Part shown: piece by piece, positions 59,809 through 64,000 of the stretch
Position numbering within the stretch: position 1 is the first letter of the stretch
Layout of the letters: each line of letters starts with the position of its first letter
Assembly (NCBI GenBank): GCA_964016885.1
Contig: OZ024740.1
Coordinates: forward strand, 61,380,001 to 61,444,000
Length of the DNA stretch: 64,000 bases
Origin: Eledone cirrhosa
Lineage: Eukaryota
Reading direction: 5' to 3'
Program-made: the position numbers and the translations under genes
Notes under the pieces: model-generated
Told to the model about the DNA's origin: nothing
Seen by the model: only the letters and a program-made list of their open reading frames with translations
Database searches by the model: none

Positions 59809-60959
59809 CTAAAATAATTTTAAAAAATTATCATATAAAATATTATGGACCATACCTTCTGATGGAGTTATAGGACTGCAATTGTGACATACAGCATGTC
59901 TTGAACACTATAAGCCTGGCAGAACCCATCCTCTGAGAGGAGAAAGGTATTCTCATACCAAGGATTAGGTCAAAGTGCTTGAAATAGAATGTAAAGGCAC
60001 CAAAAACTAAGTGGGGATTATATTAAACCAGGTAATAGATGAAGCCTACCACTCAAGTAGGTTATAACGGGATTTGAATTCAAAATGAAAAAAACTGAAC
60101 ACTGAAAGGTATCTCATCAGATGCTCTAACAATTCTACCATTCCAAAGCCCTGGATTGGTATTTTATTTCATTGACTGCAAAAGAATGAAAGGTAAAGTT
60201 GACCATAGCAGGATTTGAACTCAGAACACAGAGAGCTGAAAGAAATACCACAAAGCATCATGTCCAATGCTCCAATGACAGCCATTTTGTCTCACTAGAA
60301 ACAGATACATCTGATTTGAGACAGACAATTTAACTTACTCATTAAGAAGTATCAAAGATTGTCCACCATAATAATTCTACAAATAACAAGCTCAGGCCAT
60401 CTTGGCTTCTAAAAGCAGGTGTTAATCATGTGGGCATCATCATAAATTTTATATCTGCTAGAAATTATTTTACAGCTGGATGGTCATCCTGGTGCCAAAC
60501 TTTGTCATCTCTTACAACACAGAAGAATACAGTGAACCTTTTTTTAGACCGGATAGAAACAGTATTCAACAAACATCAGAAATTCAATACAATTATACTA
60601 AAAAGAAAAGAGCAGATCACCAGATAGAACCAAAGAAGCTATGGTACCATTTGTCTTTCCATTGCCGATACTATCTGTCAATTGCAACTCCTAACAGAAG
60701 GAAGCAGAATTGAAACTCAGAATATTCATAGCCTGATGAGTTACCACAAAACACCTACCCAATTCACTGCCTCTGAACTGGTAATTTATCAACCTCAAAT
60801 GGATGGAAGGCAAAGTTAACCTTGGCAAGATATGAACTCTGAGCACAGAAAGCCAGAACAAATATCAAAGTAGTTAATACAGTACCACTACTACCAATTT
60901 ACCACTAATTATAATCTTAATTATTAAGTAATTTAATCATTTATAAAGAAAACACAAAC

Positions 60960-61040
60960 CTTATCATCCTTGAGACTGGTCACTGCTAAACTATTCTCCT
61001 GGATTAATCTATCAAGTACATACAGCCGGTCCATTTTCTC
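60960..61040 (-). CDS. PLEKHA7: PLEKHA5/6/7-like coiled-coil exon
   Basis: aattacag|EKMDRLYVLDRLIQENSLAVTSLKDDK|gtttgt; phase 0-0. Confidence 0.85.
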
Positions 61041-61949
61041 CTGTAATTAAAATAGTTACATAAACATATTTATAGATAACAATAACATTTAAAAAAAATA
61101 TATCAATCAATTGTTTCCAATGCAACAATATTGTTATTTTTAAGAGTTATAAATTCTTTAGTAATAAAAAAAAAAAAAAATTACTATTCTGTCATTTTTT
61201 AAAAAAATTCTGGTTATTCATTTAATTAATTATTGAAATATAATAATTGGTATTATATTTTATTATTTAGTATTTATTTATTTAACTACTGAAATATTTC
61301 AGGTAGGTATTTTTATTTAATTTACTTCTTTAATTATTGTGATAATAAGGTAGGAATAAACATATTTTTTCATTAGTTTCTTGTGAAACCCCAACAAAAT
61401 GCATGACAATACGAACATTGGTCATGTCAATGAAAACGAAAGACAATGCAACTGGAAATTGAATGAAATGGAGTCAATGCTCAGAGCATGAAGCTTGGCG
61501 GTGGTTCTCCATCAAACAAAATAATTAAGGAAACACTGCAAAGCTGTGGCTTTCAGAGAACATTGGCACAGATACAGCAAAAAAGAATGAATTTATGTAT
61601 GCCTATACGCTCATTAGGTCACACATGGATCAGCTGAGTCATATTTTCACAGACGAAAGAGGAAGAAAAAGAAAAAATCCTCAAAGTTCCAACAGAAGCT
61701 TGGAAGGATCTGAAAGCCACAGAGTTGAGATGGCCTACAATGCAGACATCAGTGAAGAAGATGAAAAAGAAAATGAAACACTGGAATGCAGCAACAATAA
61801 ACTAAAGACCCACCAAGCAGAAAAACACAAACAGACAGGAGATGACAAGTGGATAAGTGCTAAGATGAAGAAGACTAGAACTAGGAAAAACAGAGACCCT
61901 GGGAAAAAAGCTCTTGATCCATTGTCAGTTATGAGGCTTAATTTCTTAA

Positions 61950-62312
61950 GATCAGACTTCACTACCTCATCCCAAGTCTTCCTAGGCCATCCTCACCCCA
62001 GCCACTGGGATTTCTCTTCATTTCTTTATGCAGCTGCAATCTTCCATACACATCACTTGTCCATCCCAACGATTTTCTCACTTGCACACTACATCTAATT
62101 CCTCTATGCTATGTTGTTCATCCACACTAACATTACACATCCATTAGAACATACTCGCTTCATTCCAGCCTTTGCTGGTCTTTTACTGTCAAGGCCCATG
62201 TTTTAATGCCATGTAGCATTGCTGTTTGCATACAAGCATCACGCAGTCTACCCTTCACTCTGAGAGAGAAGCCCTTTCTTGTCAGCAGAGATATCAGCTC
62301 TCTAAACAAATT
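61950..62312 (-). mobile_element. Older RTE RT C-terminal fragment
   Basis: FRELISLLTRKGFSLRVKGRLRDACMQTAMLHGIKTWAL is homologous to the young RTE. Confidence 0.8.
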
Positions 62313-62669
62313 TATGTATAATGGGCTTCTTTTACAGTCTCCATCAACCAAATACATTCACAAAGCATTAGTCAACCAGAAGCTATCGTAGAAGATACTT
62401 GTCCAAGATGCTGTGTAATGGTATGGAGCCTGAATCCATGCCTGTAATTAATATCTATGAAATAATGAAAATTATTGTGTACTGTGTACACTGTTCAGGT
62501 GCACTACAAAGTGCACTATATAAGTGTAGAATTTCTAACATTTTATTGCAAGAACTATGAAATTTCCAAATCAAATGTTCAATTAAAAAAAATTAAGATA
62601 AATATAAAGGTGCAATATTAATACTCATGTCAATGAATTCATTTCTGGTAGAAAGCCTTTAACTGATTT

Positions 62670-63420
62670 CATCATCATCATCGTTTAACGTCCCTGTTCC
62701 ACGCTTGCATGGGTTTGGACGGGGGTAGTCCCACTTGAGGCAAGAGTGGTTGTCTTGCTCGCATAGGACTGTCTGGTGGGTTTTCTACAGCTGGATGCCC
62801 TTCCTAACACCAACCACATTTACAGTGTGGGGCTGGGAGGTTTTTACCGTGTTGCCTACACGGCCACATTACAGCGTGGACTGTCTGGCGTGTTTTCTAC
62901 AGCTGGATGCCCTTCCTAACACCAACCACATTTACAGTGTGGGGCTGGGAGGTTTTTACCGTGTTGCCTACACGGCCACATTACAGCGTGGACTGTGTGT
63001 TTATTTGTCGTGACACCTAAACGATCTCGTTTGTTTCGGCCTGGATGTTGTGGCACCAACATAACTTTGCATTGAAGGGGGCGGTGTGGATGGGGTGGGA
63101 CGGGGGTGAATTTTGTTAGAGATTCCTACTGACTAGTAGGTTTTACTTTGTATTTAGGTAAGGCGGGTCTTCTCTGTTACTGAGTACCGCCAAAGGTCTC
63201 GGTCCAGTGACATTGTCTTGGAGAGGTGTAAGTGTGTGAGGTCGGAATTTATCAGCTCGTCCCAGGTTTTCCTGGGTCTGCCTACTCCGTGGCTACCATC
63301 TATCTTTATTGCCCTGCACTTTGTTATACAGCTGTCGTCTTTCATGCGCATCACGTGACCATACCAACGTAGCCTTCTCTCGAGTAAACAACATCTGATC
63401 CCTCTTATTTCTAATTTTTT
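62670..63420 (-). mobile_element. 5'-truncated young RTE copy with a 112-bp duplication in the 3' UTR
   Basis: ORF 63154..63354 matches the end of ORF 48747..52028; (GAT)n tail at 62670. Confidence 0.93.
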
Positions 63421-64000
63421 TATTTTGATAAATTAATGGAACCACATGTCATACACTATAACATACTAGAATGCTATAATATAGGACGTTTCTACATTGT
63501 TGTTTGATCTGCTAGAAATAGCAGTCAAATTTCCATCACATCCTTGTGGTTTTAAAAACAGGACACATTAGATCATGTCATCATAGATAAATTATGCTTT
63601 TAGATAAAAAATAAATGGTCATCAGTTTGCTTGAATAGCAGTGACCTGGAGTAAAATAACGACACAAATAAAATTTTTTTTTTTCTTTAGGCTGAAAGAA
63701 TTTTGATAACATTAAATCAGTTTCCATTATGTGATGCAAGCTGGAAATTTTAAAGATTATATTTAAAAAGCAATTAAATATTTAAAACCCAGGAACATTG
63801 TTTTCTTGCTTGGTTTAAAAAAATAATTATCATAATCATCCTCATCATTTTTATGTCCATAATAACCTACTGGATGGGTTGAGCAGAAAACTTAGAGGTA
63901 ATGTTTTACAGCTGGATGCCCTGATGTCAACCATTGCTTGTTTTATAAGTAAGGTAAATTTTACACATTGAACTGCTGAGCCAGATAGACAAAAAGAATA

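Larger units (their letters stand above)
22445..61040 (-). other. PLEKHA7: PLEKHA5/6/7 (kramer-like) gene, 3' part; N-terminal WW/PH exons outside window
   Basis: Twelve GT-AG exons join in one frame. They include coiled-coil exons and the family motif IDRELMMPEKVLIPERYMPDSDDEDLSEEEKEKRKEKSERIRRVLA (compare PLEKHA5/6/7 PDKVLIPERY...LSPEE...K.ERIK). Confidence 0.85.

Noticed and set aside
61595-62098. 167-aa ORF as a gene
   Set aside because: It has no recognisable domain or splice context, and its 3' part is the antisense of an RTE fragment.

Overview
AT-rich, microsatellite-dense eukaryotic genomic DNA. The repeat families point to an octopod cephalopod; this is an inference. The window holds the 3' parts of two convergent, multi-exon genes that I assembled by hand from splice sites and reading phases. 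(1) A FoxN1/4 forkhead transcription factor on the + strand: join 4122..4164, 5290..5479, 7270..7565, 8575..8767, 9768..9877, with its 5' exons outside the window. (2) A PLEKHA5/6/7 (kramer-like) scaffold gene on the - strand: 12 phase-compatible exons from 61040 down to 27610, then two mutually exclusive in-frame last exons (27050..26065 and 22545..22445). Introns and intergenic DNA are filled with mobile elements: a near full-length RTE LINE with an intact APE-RT frame and a PHD finger inside the RT, truncated RTE, CR1, BovB-like, R4, CRE-like and Penelope remnants, tRNA-derived SINEs, piggyBac-, hAT- and mariner-type MITEs, and Helitron/HINE-like elements. The signals most worth testing are RNA-level. 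They are two strong hairpins in the putative PLEKHA 3' UTR, a possible editing-created splice acceptor in FoxN, an inverted RTE pair bracketing four exons, and the alternative C-termini. There are no prokaryotic features, CRISPR arrays or true tRNA/rRNA genes.
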